DNA of 64,000 nt from Octopus vulgaris. Lineage: Eukaryota. Position 1 is the first letter of the stretch, and every line of letters begins with the position of its first letter. Location: positions 29,450,001 through 29,514,000 of the forward strand of contig OX597831.1 in assembly GCA_951406725.2 (NCBI GenBank), written 5' to 3'. This document shows, piece by piece, positions 44,870 through 58,232 of this stretch. The notes under the pieces were generated by a model. That model searched no databases, had not been told where the DNA came from, and was given only the letters and a program-made list of their open reading frames with translations. A program made the translations under genes and the position numbers.

Positions 44870-45056
44870 AAATTTTAGCACAAGGCCAGCAATTTGGGAG
44901 AAGTAGATGAGTCGATTACACCGACCCCAATGCTCAACTGGTACTTATTTTTATCAACGCCAAAAGAATGAATTGGTGGAAATTGAACGTTAAGACGGGC
45001 GAAATGCCATTACACATTTTGCCTGATATACTAACGATTCTGCCAGTTTACCACCT
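44870..45056 (-). mobile_element. SINE family B, decayed
   Basis: Reverse complement similarity to 31643-31852. Confidence 0.7.
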
Positions 45057-46032
45057 TTAATAAAAAAGAGATGAACATTATTAAACAGTGTGCTAATGTG
45101 TTTTATTATGAAACCAGTACTCTAAAAATAGCCGAAGCCGTGTGATAGGAAGTTTGCTTCCTAACCGCAGGGTCTCGGATTCGGTTCTACTTCATGAAAG
45201 CTTTGATAAATATTTTCTATTATAACCCTGTACCGCCTTCTTCAAATTCTATCTTTATCTGATTTGGTTTTACTATCATCAAAGAGCCAGTCAGCTCTTT
45301 CACCATTTTTCTATACTCATTGTTTCCTCCCGATATGAGCCACATACATAGCTTGACAGATGCATCAAATAAGAACGCACCTTTTGATGTAAAATGGAAA
45401 TCTGATGAAGTGCCACATGCTAATGTTTAAAACTGTAAATATTACGTAACATACCTCATGCAATGACGTTAAAAACAACAGAGCGATACCGAAACGATTG
45501 TAATTGGTCATTAAAGATGTGCTAAAGTCTTTCTTTGTCTTCTCATCTGTATTAATAGTGTGCGTGTGCGTGCCCGGGTGTTATAGTTACTTTCGCTTTT
45601 ATTGTTTACGCTTTCGAGAATTTTATTGTTGTTGCTGCAACTGCTAGTGATGTTGCTGCTGGAGATGATGTTGGTGCTGTTGCTAGAATCATTAGAGCTG
45701 TTATTGTTGTTGTGGTTGATGTTGCTGCTGCTTCTACGGCTGCTGCTATTAGTGTTGTCGTTGTTTATGCTGCTGTTGCTGTTTTTGTTTCCAGCAACTA
45801 TGGTTGTGATGATAATTAAGTATAAAAAATAAGTGAGATCCCTATACTCCGTCCCCGCTACAGTGCCGGGGTTTGTAGGGGGGGTGTTTGTAGGGGGCAA
45901 CAAGTGTTTCTCATTACTTCCCCTCACCTCTCACTATATATTACTTGATCTTATTCACGAACCCCTAGGGACTGACACCCTCGCTCCACCCTTCACCCTA
46001 ACCGCAAACGTTTCGCACCGATCAACTTAAAT

Positions 46033-46081
<49 letters not shown>

Positions 46082-47085
46082 TGCATACACTCTAATGTAC
46101 ACACACAAGCACATACGCATACACACGCACACACGCACGCTCACACATACATTCACGCAAACATACAAACATGCGTAGATGTATTCATACATGCACACAG
46201 ACACACACATATAAATACATACATACATATCGAGATAAATACTTACATACATCATGCATGCAAGCACACACATATACATACGCATACTTACATATACATT
46301 CATACATGCGTACATGTATATATATATGCATACATACACAAAAACATAGACAGACATGCATACATACATACGTCCGTCCGTACACGCATACATACATACA
46401 TACATACATACATGCATACATACACACACATACATACATACATACATACATACATACATACATACATACATACATACATACATACATACGTACATGTACA
46501 TACATGCATATGTGCTAACATACAAACATACATACATGTTCACACATACATATTCATACTACATACATACATACATACATCATACATATATGCATACATA
46601 CATACTTACAGACATGCATGCGTTCATATATACGAAGATTCGTAACTACATACATACATAGGTACATACATACATACATACATATACATACACACAATCA
46701 TACATACATGCATACATACATACGTATATACATACATACATACATACATACATACATACGTATATACATACGTATATACAATCATACATACATGCATACA
46801 TACATACATACATACATACATACATACATACGTATATACAATCATACATGCATGCATGCATACATACATACATACATACATACATACATACATACATACA
46901 TAACTATGTGTCCCTTTAACCGAATCTAACTTCCATAGCCTGTGCGGGGAGAGGCGGGGGGCATATGGTATGTGGTGGTGACTAGGAACGTGTTGATTGA
47001 TTAGCGGTGGGGTGGAGTCGTCAGTGTTAGATATTTGGGCGGGATGACGAAAAGCTGAACGGGTGACTGAGGTGCTGCGTGCGTG

Positions 47086-47134
<49 letters not shown>

Positions 47135-47523
47135 TGAGGATGAAATTGGCGCAGATGCGTGTGGATAGGGCAAAGGCGAAACACCTAAGGGTGGTGGTAG
47201 GAATTTGGGTACCGACGTAGGAATTCGGTGCTGACATAGAGGTGGGGGTTGGATATGATGCGGGTAAGCAGTTAGGTACCACGGGACGTTGGGTGCGCGT
47301 GACGTTTTAGGTACGTCTTTTGACGCGCGGTTAGATGCTGGTGATAAAATCAAGCGCACGTGCAGTGTTCACGGATGCACATACATACAAATATGCACAC
47401 ACACACAGATTATATGTAAATACACATAAACACACATACACAAGCTTACACATACACACACGGATATTTGTATCCAAGCAACTATGTTTTCGGCTTCACA
47501 AACGAGAATACATAATACGCAGT

Positions 47524-47605
<82 letters not shown>

Positions 47606-47761
47606 AAAATTTATAAGTCTCTCTAAAGGAGATTACGGCAGCGGTACTGGATATTAATAGTTATCGCCAAGCTAATATGGTAGTCTATAAATATAAGACT
47701 AAAGCTGTAAATAAATCCTTCGAACAGACGGTCAGTAGCGACGCCTGGTGGGTCTGGCTAC

Positions 47762-47804
47762 TCTGCATTGATAAAGGGCAACTACCCTGAAACATGTCTG
47801 CAGA
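47762..47804 (+). ncRNA. Type I hammerhead ribozyme motif (two core substitutions)
   Basis: Stem I tctgca/tgcaga, core TTGATAA (canonical CTGATGA), stem II aggg/ccct, GAAA, palindromic stem III ACATGT and a GTC cleavage triplet. Confidence 0.65.
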
Positions 47805-47861
47805 TGTCTGACCAGCAAGGGGAAGCGGCTGACCTCCCCTGTTCGAAGGTTATAATGGACG

Positions 47862-47948
47862 CATTTAGAAGACGATACAAAAAACACGGACGGGACATTC
47901 GAAGCCTTCAATCTTCAGTCAAGAACCGGATCATCCTAGCAATTTCGG

Positions 47949-48006
<58 letters not shown>

Positions 48007-48097
48007 CCGAAAAAGCGAGGTTGATCCGGTTCTTGACTGAAGATTAAAGGCTTCGAATGTCCTCCTCGTCCGTGTTTTTTGTATCGTCTTCTAAATG
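47862..48097. repeat. Foldback of about 235 bp centred on (TA)n
   Basis: About 90-bp arms are reverse complements, and the spacer is itself palindromic TA. Confidence 0.9.
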
Positions 48098-48123
48098 TTT
48101 TGCGTTCTTGTCCCAGTTTGTAT

Positions 48124-48184
<61 letters not shown>

Positions 48185-48243
48185 TGTATGTATTATGTAC
48201 ATATATATATGTATAATTATATGTATATGTATATATATATATG

Positions 48244-48275
<32 letters not shown>

Positions 48276-48423
48276 TATATTTATGTATGTATTATGTACA
48301 TATATATATGTATAATTATATGTATATGTATATATATATATATGTATATAAATGCATATTTGTACACATATATATAATTATATATATATATATATATATA
48401 TGTATATAAATGCATATGTGTAT

Positions 48424-48470
<47 letters not shown>

Positions 48471-48539
48471 TATAATTACATGTATATATGTATATATATA
48501 TATATATATGTATATAAATGTATATATGTGTGTTGATTC

Positions 48540-48715
48540 ACTAGCTTCTGCTTGTTTCCCTCCGTGTTTCTTTTCTGTGTATCTTTCTGTTGAAGAGCGT
48601 AGGCTCGAAACGTAAAAGACTTGTTTTATTTATATTCCTGAGCGCCATACTAATACAATTGTTTGTTTGTATTCCACCTGCCTTCGTCTTTTGTTTATTT
48701 TCATAAAGCATCCCG
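48540..48715 (+). mobile_element. Penelope-like terminal repeat fragment with a hammerhead-like motif
   Basis: tcttt-CTGTTGA-a-gagc-gtag-gctc-GAAACGTA-aaaga at 48582-48619. Confidence 0.6.
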
Positions 48716-48754
<39 letters not shown>

Positions 48755-48788
48755 TATATTTACATGGATATATATATATGTATTTATA

Positions 48789-48862
<74 letters not shown>

Positions 48863-48896
48863 TATATTTACATGGATATATATATATGTATTTATA

Positions 48897-48942
<46 letters not shown>

Positions 48943-48968
48943 TATATTTACATGTATATATATATATG

Positions 48969-49020
<52 letters not shown>

Positions 49021-49320
49021 TATATGTATCCAGTTGTTCGCTTGTTAATGTACCCATAGCTGGGATTCTGACTGGTGCTGCTACTTCCGGGTCAGAGTAG
49101 ACCTGGAAATATCAGTGGCTAAAATACGGTTCCACACTCCTCAAATTCCTGAAACCCCTGCACCAGCCCCGCTGATAATAATTTCCTACATAATAATCTC
49201 CTTCCCCGCTCATAATAATTTCGCTTATGCAAAGGGCTACTTATAACCACTTTTTAGGGCTCAATGGATACACACTTCAGAATAAAGCATTAGGCTGGCA
49301 CAGAGCATAATGTATATCAT

Positions 49321-49487
49321 TGAATAAGAAACGAACAGGGATTATGTAATCAAGTCCATTAGCTTACAGCTGTTTCTGCTGCAAGGTGATGAACAAGCCC
49401 TCTACTCTGAGTGCTCTGCTTCTCATAGCAGAAACAGCTGTAAGCTAATGAATTTGATTATGTCATTCTTGTTCCCTTTGTCATTCA
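49321..49487. repeat. Inverted repeat of about 165 bp
   Basis: Perfect core cattagcttacagctgtttctgct / agcagaaacagctgtaagctaatg, with imperfect extensions. Confidence 0.85.
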
Positions 49488-49534
49488 ATAATATAAAATA
49501 GTGAAATCTATCTCTCGATAGATAGACAGACAGG

Positions 49535-49614
<80 letters not shown>

Positions 49615-50358
49615 GTGAGATAAGTAGATAGAGAGATAAATAGATAGATAGGTAGATAGAGAGATAGGTAGACAGAGAGATAGTTAGATAGGTAGAGAGA
49701 TAGATAGATAAGTAGATAGAGAGAGAGACAGAGAGAGATAGAGTGAGACAGACTGACATATAGATACAGGTAATCAAATGGAATTACCAATTACAATTTA
49801 GTAGTAACTGGTCTTGGTCGATGTTTATAAGCTATTAATAGGTTACTTCACAGTCTCCTTTGCGTGATTCTATCAAGCCAATTCGTGGCGCACTACATAT
49901 TGATATGCCTTGATTCTCTATGAATCCTATATAACCAAATATATTCATACATATATCTACTTATAATGAAAATAGATAAAACAGGAATATCGTCGTGTCT
50001 TTAATGAAATATGCACAAAGGAATAGTCGTTCCTCATATTTACGAATATGTGAGATTGTGTAAATAAATATAAATTGCAATATCTTTCCGGACTGCGTTC
50101 GTGTTTCTAGTGGCCATAGGAGCATAAAATTCGATACACGTTTGTCACGTTAATCATCGGGCCATATAAAATCTCGTAAGAAAAGTTATTGAATTTACAC
50201 ACACTGTGTTACCACAAAGTGGAAGGCGAATATATAACATACGGAAGTTTCGAAATAAAATGTCAGTGTAAACCTCTTTATCTGTAACAACGTGAGTAAA
50301 GGGCTTATCCTTCAGGAGTTTAACAATGTGAATACGTAAGTGATATTTATAGCTGTGG

Positions 50359-50570
50359 TACTCTCTCTCTCTTTTCTCTTTTACTTGTTTCAGTCATTTG
50401 ACTGCGGCCATGCTGGAGCACCGCCTTTAGTCGATCAAATCGACCCTGGGACTTATTCTTTGTAAGCCCAGTACGTATTCTATCGGTCTCTTTTGCCGAA
50501 CCGCTAAGTGACGGGGACGTAAACACACCAGCATCGGTTGTCAAGCAATGCTAGGGGGACAAACACAAGC

Positions 50571-50603
<33 letters not shown>

Positions 50604-50770
50604 CATATATACGACAGGCTTCTTTCAGTTTCCGTCTACCAAATCCACTCACAAGGCATTGGTCGGCCCGGGGCTATAGCAGAAGACACTTGCCCAAGAT
50701 GCCACGCAGTGGGACTGAACCCGGAACCATGTGGCTGGTTAGCAAGCTACTTACCACACAGCCACTCCTG
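50359..50770 (-). mobile_element. SINE family A, full length
   Basis: Full match. Confidence 0.9.
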
Positions 50771-50796
50771 TGGTGCAGACAAATATTACGCAAATA

Positions 50797-50971
50797 GGCG
50801 TAGGAGTGGCTGTGTGGTAAGTAGCTTGCTTACCAACCACATGGTTCCGGGATCAGTCCCACTGCGCAGTACCTTGGGCAAGTGTCTTCTACTATAGCCT
50901 CGGGCCGACCAAAGCCTTGTGAGTGGATTTGGTAGACGGAAACTGAAAGAAGTCCGTCGTATATATGTATT

Positions 50972-51037
<66 letters not shown>

Positions 51038-51233
51038 TGTGTCTGTGTTTGTGCCCCAACATCGCTTGACAACCGATGCTGGTGTGTTTACGTCCCCGTA
51101 ACTTAGCGGTTCGGCAAGAGAGACCGATAGAATAAGTATTAGGCTTACAAAGAATAAGATCTGGGGTCGATTTGCTCGACTGAAGGCGGTGCTCCAGCAT
51201 GTCCACAGTCACATGACTGAAACAAGTAAAAAG
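50797..51233 (+). mobile_element. SINE family A, full length
   Basis: Full match, head-to-head with the previous copy. Confidence 0.9.
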
Positions 51234-51376
51234 CGAAAATATATAACGAGGATATTTGTGTGCCCTGTTGTAGCAAAGTGCTCACTGAAAAATGATAAAA
51301 TTTAATTTTCAGAGCTAAAACATATCAAAACCATTTGCTGCGTAAGTCAAATAAATTCACTCAAAATTTTTTTTTA

Positions 51377-51561
51377 CCTTTAACTGTGCAAAACAGTTTG
51401 TATAATAATCTCACTTTTGTTGAAAAATGTCATGTTTGAGTGTAATTTTTGTGGAGATGTTTCAAGATTGTTGGAGCAACGTGACTTAGAGTAAATACCA
51501 GTTCTATTTTGTTGGAAGATATTTAACGCTATTTCTTGAATAACATTTCACAGTTAAAGGG
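51377..51561. mobile_element. piggyBac-like MITE
   Basis: TIRs cctttaactgtg / cacagttaaaggg, with TTAA on the right and a degenerate site on the left. Confidence 0.55.
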
Positions 51562-51789
51562 TTAAAATATAAATATGACTGCAAAGAAAAGATACGTGAG
51601 AATACGCAGACGTACATATTGAAATAAAAGAATAAATAAATAAATATTACTAGAGTGGAAGCCATTTCGTGTTATAGAAGTATCGCTAAGGTCAAACATT
51701 TTACGCCATATTGCACTCCAATGTCAGCATATCTGATTTAAGTAGACAAATAGATGTCAATCTATCTATCTCATGTATCTATTTATCTA

Positions 51790-51850
<61 letters not shown>

Positions 51851-52330
51851 TCATCTATCTATCTTTTTATCTATCTATCTATCTCATGTATCTATCTTTC
51901 TGTCTGTTCTCTCTGCCTTTCATTCAATCTGAGCGCGCTAAGAGCTTCTTTCAGTTTCCGTCTACTGAATCCACTCACAGGGCTTCGGTCGGCCCGAGGC
52001 TTATAGAAGAGGACACTCGTCAACGGTGCCGCGTATTGGAACTGAACTCCAAACGATGTGGTTGGAAAGCAAACTTCTTACAGCACACCCACGTTCTTAC
52101 GACTTGCAGGGCTCAAGATCGCCGCAAGGCCGGAAAGGGACACCGAATGGAACGCAAGACGGTTGAGGGGAAGGGAAAAAACCGATACTTTATTTTATTG
52201 ACCCTGAAGAGATGAAACGCAAAGCTTTCCTCGTTGGATTTTGAACGTAGAACGTTAAGAACTGGAAGAAATGTTGCTAAGCTTGTTGTCTTCACAAAAA
52301 TTTATATCTGTGTGTCTGTGTATATACATT

Positions 52331-52371
<41 letters not shown>

Positions 52372-52372
<1 letters not shown>

Positions 52373-52752
52373 TCTGAGTTCAGTTCCACCACACAGCACC
52401 CGGGGCAAGTGTCTTCCATTATAGCCTCGAGCCGACCAAAGCCTCGTCAGTGGATTTGGTCGACGGAAACTGAAAGAAGCACGTCGTACATATATATGTG
52501 TTTGTGTTTTTGTGTGTGCGCGTCTGTGTGTGTGTGCGTGTGTCTGTATTTGTCTCCCCCCCCCCCCACCATCGCTTGACAACTGATCTTGGTGTGCTTA
52601 CGTTCCTGTAACTTAGCGGTTCGGCAAAAGACACTGACAGAGTAAGTACTAGGCTTACAAAGAATAAATCCTGGGGTCGATTTGTTCGACTAAATGCGGT
52701 GCTCCAGCATGGTCGCAGTCAAAAGACTGAAACAAGTAAAAGAATAAAAGAA
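52372..52752 (+). mobile_element. SINE family A, 5' truncated
   Basis: Match from the B box onward. Confidence 0.85.
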
Positions 52753-53190
52753 AAGTACATATGCAGGCATATATCTAAAAGTGTGTATGCGTGTGTGTGT
52801 TTGTGTGTGTGTATGCGTGTATGTGTGTGTGTGTCCGTCCATCATCCATGCGTGTGTGTAAGTGATTCGTCAAGCTGTTTCCTTCTGACAAATTTATATA
52901 ATAAATAGTTATTCAAAACTCACTGAATGACCAATAATAACAGCCTGATTAGCATGATTAATAAATCACAATCATCAGTCAGTCAGTCATTCTGATTTAT
53001 TGAGTGAATCAATCCTTAAAACTCGGTTGACAACAACATCGACCGCTTAAGAACACACACGCTCTCTCTCTCTCTCTTTCTTTCTCTCTCTCTCTCTGTG
53101 CAGACAAACACACAAACACGTACACACAAACACACACACATAAACATACACACACATATGCATATATAGATATATTTATATACATGCTTA

Positions 53191-53246
<56 letters not shown>

Positions 53247-54193
53247 TATATATGCCTACATATATGTATATATATGTATATATATATATGCTTATGTATA
53301 TATATATGCCTACATATATGTATATATATGTATATATATATATGCTTATGTATATATACATGCACATATGTATGCATATGTGTATATATATGCATGTGTA
53401 TATATATGCATATATATATATGCATATTTGTATATATACATATGTATATATATGCATATATATATAAATAAAACTGCACACAACACACAGAATCTATCGT
53501 AATCATAGATCTACAATTCTTCACCATCTATCCTCGAACCCGCCCTCTCTCCACTCTCTGCAAATTATATGTCCATCATTATTCAACCCTGACAGCTACT
53601 GGGATAACATTAATCCATTGGAAGCATCTCCATATAAACCTGTCTCTACAACAAGCTACGTTGCTTTTGATATAAACGCCATGTTTGCTTCAGCTATTTA
53701 TTGCCGACGGTTCTCGTTGTAAGAAATGGGAATTGCCGCTTAGAAGGAAAGAAAGTAGTTATAGAAGCGGTGGTGGTGGTTGTGGTAGTGGTGGGTGATG
53801 TTGGTGGTACTGGTGGTGGTGGTGGTGATGGTGTTGTTGATGTCGATGTTGGTAGTGGTGGTGGTAGTTGTGGTAATGGCGGTGAAGGAGGCAATAGTAG
53901 TGGTTGAGATGATGGTGGTGGCCTCGCTGCTGGCGCTGGTGGTGGCGCTAGTGGTGGATCTGTGAGGATGCTTTGGTACAGAAATTTGGAGTTATGTTTT
54001 AACAAGATTTATCAGTAACGTATTTAAGCATCGATCAGAGCTTTACCAACAATTCTATTATCCCCTCTAATCAATAACAGGGAAAGACACTTCGATCTAT
54101 CTACAACACTAAGCTTATAACATCTACCTAACCTTAAACTTCGCACACACCTATACACACACGTATGCATATATACATATAAACATGTGTGTG

Positions 54194-54221
<28 letters not shown>

Positions 54222-54232
<11 letters not shown>

Positions 54233-54605
54233 CTGAAGTTGTCTGTGTATGGCAGGTTTGGTAGCCTTCAACTAACACTATCTCCTCGAGACCCTGCGGC
54301 GCAAGTTGACCAAAATTGAGAGTATGATAGAAGAAGGCTGGCTCTTCATTCCGTAGAAGATAAAATTCAAATCGAACCATGTCAACACCAAAAATTATAT
54401 ACATCAAAAAGGTGCTTTTTTTCTATGAAAATCCCTATTTTTTACGATTTTTTGACTGCTGTGTCGCCATTTTTCGGTGTATTTCAACCAGAAAAATGTT
54501 CACCTAAAGAGAATAACAAGCTACATAATGCAAAATTTTAACTTTTCAAAAATTCCAATTCTAAAGGGTCGAAACAAACCCGAGCAACGCTGGGTGATAC
54601 TGCTA

Positions 54606-54606
<1 letters not shown>
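54222..54606 (+). mobile_element. Non-autonomous Helitron in (TA)n
   Basis: GC-rich subterminal hairpin cccgagcaacgctggg about 8 nt before a terminal CTAG followed by T. No TIRs. Confidence 0.65.
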
Positions 54607-54664
<58 letters not shown>

Positions 54665-55072
54665 ACAGACACGTGTACTCACACAAACACATATATCATA
54701 CATGCATAGAAGACAGCACGGGGATAAGTATAAACAACAAAGTTATTAGAGAATTCATACCCATATTTTAGCGCAAGAAATATTGGTGGAACGTTCCCAT
54801 CAAAACTTGTGCAAGCAAAACAGTCCTGACATAGTTACTGGGGATAGAAAAGAAAAGCCATATAGCGTCAAAGAATTAAGTTGCGTTGCAGATGTGAACA
54901 CAACATTCAAAGTTAATTGAGATGTTCACATCTGTAACGAAACTCAAGGACAACGATTTCGATACCTGCAAAATCCTCCACCCTAATAAGGAATTTACAT
55001 TCATTAAAAAAAGCTATTGGTGTACTCGGTTATGTTTGCAAATGCTTAAGCCACAGTCTGGAAAAGCTATAT

Positions 55073-55319
55073 AAGAATGGGTGCTGAAAAGTTTCCGGTT
55101 TCAAGGGTATCGCGAAAGACATGGCTGGAGGCCCAGACTCCCGAGTTCTTTTAAAGGCTTAGAGTGGCTGTGTGGTAAGTAGCTTGTTCACCAACCACAT
55201 GGTTCCGGGTTCATTCCCACTGCATGGCACCTTGGGCAAGTGTCTTCTGCTATAGCCTCGAACCGACCAAAGCCTTGTGAGTGGATTTGGTAGACGGAAA
55301 CTGAAAGAAGCCCGCCGTA

Positions 55320-55360
<41 letters not shown>

Positions 55361-55697
55361 GCGTGTATAAGTCTGTGTGTCTTTGGTTGTTCCCCAACAT
55401 CGCTTGACAACGGATGATGGTGTGTTTACGTCCCCTTAACTTAACGGTTCGGCAAAAGAGGTCGATAGAATAAGTACTAGGCTTACAACGAATAAGTTCT
55501 GGGGTCGATTTGCTCGACTAAAGGCGGTGCTCCAGCATGGCCGCAGTCAAATGACTGAAACAAGTAAAAGTGTAAACTGAAGGACTGCTGCAATAAATGT
55601 TTGAATCTGAGAGGGGAATATGTTGAATAAAATCATAATTAACTGATCTTGTATTTTCTTTTACCCAAAACCAGGAACATTTCAGCTCACCCTCTTA
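55073..55697 (+). mobile_element. Non-autonomous mariner-type element interrupted by SINE A
   Basis: TIR-like gggtgctgaaaagtttcc / ggaacatttcagctcaccc. Same family as 62685-63300. Confidence 0.7.
55162..55574 (+). mobile_element. SINE family A
   Basis: Near-full match. Confidence 0.9.
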
Positions 55698-55937
55698 CAC
55701 ACACACACACACATAAGATCCAGGGATCAAAGTGTAGGAAGAAATTTAGTTTCAAGCAATCCGTAGTAACTACATAAAACAACTTTCAGTGACAATAGTG
55801 GTTTATTGAGAAGGAAGGTCGTGGTTTTTTTCGTATCGATGTACGATAAACTGAAAAAAGTTCTTTTTATATTTCACAGTCGGGGACCAGGGTTTGCCAG
55901 GTATGCAAAAAGAATACAAAGTTAAGGAATGGGGTAG

Positions 55938-56333
55938 GAGTGGCTGTGTGGTAAGTAGCTTGCTAACCAACCACATGGTTCCGGGTTCAGTCCCACTGCA
56001 TGGCACCTTGGGCAAGTGTCTTCTGCTATAGCCCCGGGACGACCAATGCCTTGTGAGTGGATTTGGTAGAAGGAAACTGAAAGAAGCCTGTCGTATATAT
56101 GTATATATGTGTATGTGTGTGTATATGTTTGTGTGTCTGTGTTTGTCCCCCTAGCATTGCTTGACAACCGATGCTGGTGTGTTTACGTCCCCTTAACTTA
56201 ACGGTTCGGCAAAAGAGGTCGATAGAATAAGTACTAGGCTTACAACGAATAAGTCCTGGGGTCGATTTGCTCGACTAAAGGCGGTGCTCTAGCATGGCCG
56301 CAGTCAAATGACTGCAACAAGTAAAAGAGTAAA
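55938..56333 (+). mobile_element. SINE family A (apparently chimeric)
   Basis: 5' half has the diagnostics of the 62760 subfamily; 3' half has the private variants of the 55162 copy. Confidence 0.85.
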
Positions 56334-56451
56334 CTGAAGGACTTCTGCAATAAGTGTATGAATCTGAGAGGGGAATATGTTGAATAAAATCATAATTAAC
56401 TGATCTTCCTGTATTTTCTTTACCCAAATCCAGGAACATTTCAGCACACCT

Positions 56452-56519
<68 letters not shown>

Positions 56520-56727
56520 ATAAGATCCAGGGATCAAAGTGTAGGAAGAAATTTAGTTTCAAGCAATCCGTAGTACCTACATAAAACAACTTTCAGTGAC
56601 AATAGTGGTTTATTGAGAAGGAAGGTCGTGGTTTTTTTCGTATCGAAGTACGATAAACTGAAAAAAAGTTCTTTTTATATTTCACAGTCGGGGAGCAGGG
56701 TTGCCAGGTATGCAAAAAAGAATACAA

Positions 56728-56827
56728 AGTTAAGGAATGCGGTAGATATGATCTGGGCTACGTATGTTTTATAGCGAGCGGGACAGGAAACATATAGCCC
56801 GGATCTTATCTACCCCATTCCTTAGCT
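56728..56827. repeat. Hairpin/MITE of about 100 bp
   Basis: agttaaggaatgcggtagatatgatctgggcta... / ...tagcccggatcttatctaccccattccttagct. Confidence 0.8.
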
Positions 56828-57224
56828 CTTCCCATTTGCTTGGCAGACGGTCAGACCGTCATTTAAAGGTGATTTTTAAAAATATTGTTATTGTTTTTGT
56901 TGAATAAAATTTGTTGAAAAGAAACCGCAATAATTTTGTACCAACCCAATTCAATGTATGTATGTGTAGGTATACGTATACGTGTGTGTGTGCGTGTATG
57001 TGAATGAACGATAAGCCTCTTCCTGTTTCTGTCTACCAAATCTACTCACAAGGCTTTGGTCAGCTCAAGACTGCTAGAGGGCACTTGCCCAAATTGCCAT
57101 CCTGTGGGATTGAACCTGGAACACTGTGGTTGAGAAGCCATTGCTGCACCTATACATTCATGTATATATATAATATGTATATATATATATGTGTGTGGGT
57201 ATACATATATATATATTATTTTAT

Positions 57225-57537
57225 TGTGACTGACCGTAGGATTGCACTTAGAAAGTTACTCTCCCAGGCACAAGTCCGGGCAAGGTTGTTTATGGAAGAC
57301 CTGCAATCGCTCATGCATACCGGCCTCCACGCCACCGATGTTATCAAAGGGAAAGGCAAAGGCCGATACACTTTGGCACCTGTGATGTCGCAACTCATTT
57401 CTACAGCTGAGTGAACTGGAACAACGTGAAATAAAGTTTTCTTGCTCAAGAACACAACACGCAGCCCGGTCCGGTATTCGAACTCACAACCTCACGATCG
57501 TAAGCTCAACGCTCTAGCCACTGAGCCATGCGCCTTC
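57225..57537 (-). mobile_element. SINE family E, full length
   Basis: Head tggctcagtggctagagc...gagttcgaatacc (A/B boxes). Confidence 0.8.
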
Positions 57538-57538
57538 A

Positions 57539-57588
<50 letters not shown>

Positions 57589-57599
57589 ATCAGTTCAAA

Positions 57600-57732
57600 T
57601 AAACGAATAAATAAACGAAAAGTGGAACGTGAGGACGTGACAAAAACATATTAGCTTGATGACAGGTGAAAGAAGAGAGTTTAACGTTTCGAGTATAGCT
57701 CTTCGTCGGAAAGGAGAAAGGGGAAAAGTCCT
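57600..57732 (-). mobile_element. Penelope-like terminal repeat fragment with a hammerhead-like motif
   Basis: Minus strand ttt-CCGACGA-agagctatactc-GAAACGTT-aaa at 57680-57712. Confidence 0.55.
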
Positions 57733-57733
57733 A

Positions 57734-57766
<33 letters not shown>

Positions 57767-58201
57767 CATACATATATATATATATTAATTTAGGGCGTAC
57801 CAAGTTCATAAAGTGCATTTTCCCGTTATTCAAAATACTTAATGCAACCCTATTTTCTTCGTAATTGGTTTATTTCTAGATGATTCCCAGTTAAAATTGT
57901 AATAGCATTATAATATATATTATATTATAGTATGTATTTTTAATGTTATCCGTCTTCGTCAGTTCTGTGAGAAACTCGAAAGCCACGACAGTACTTTCAA
58001 TTCGTGCGTGCATGCATGTTTATGTATGAATGCATGTATGTATGTATGTATGTATGTATGTATGTATGTATGTATACTTGCATGTATGCAAGTAAGTATA
58101 TATATATATATATACTTGCATACATATATATATATATATATATATACTTGCATACCTATATATATATATATACTTGCATACCTATATATATATATACTTG
58201 C

Positions 58202-58232
<31 letters not shown>

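Larger units (their letters stand above)
55162..56745 (+). repeat. Tandem duplication with units 55162-55937 and 55938-56745
   Basis: SINE A, mariner half, (CA)n and a unique ~220-bp segment occur twice in the same order. Confidence 0.9.

Noticed and set aside
52105-52175. GC-rich patch with a GCAA tetraloop hairpin
   Set aside because: Does not fit a ribozyme consensus, is single copy, and the stems are short.
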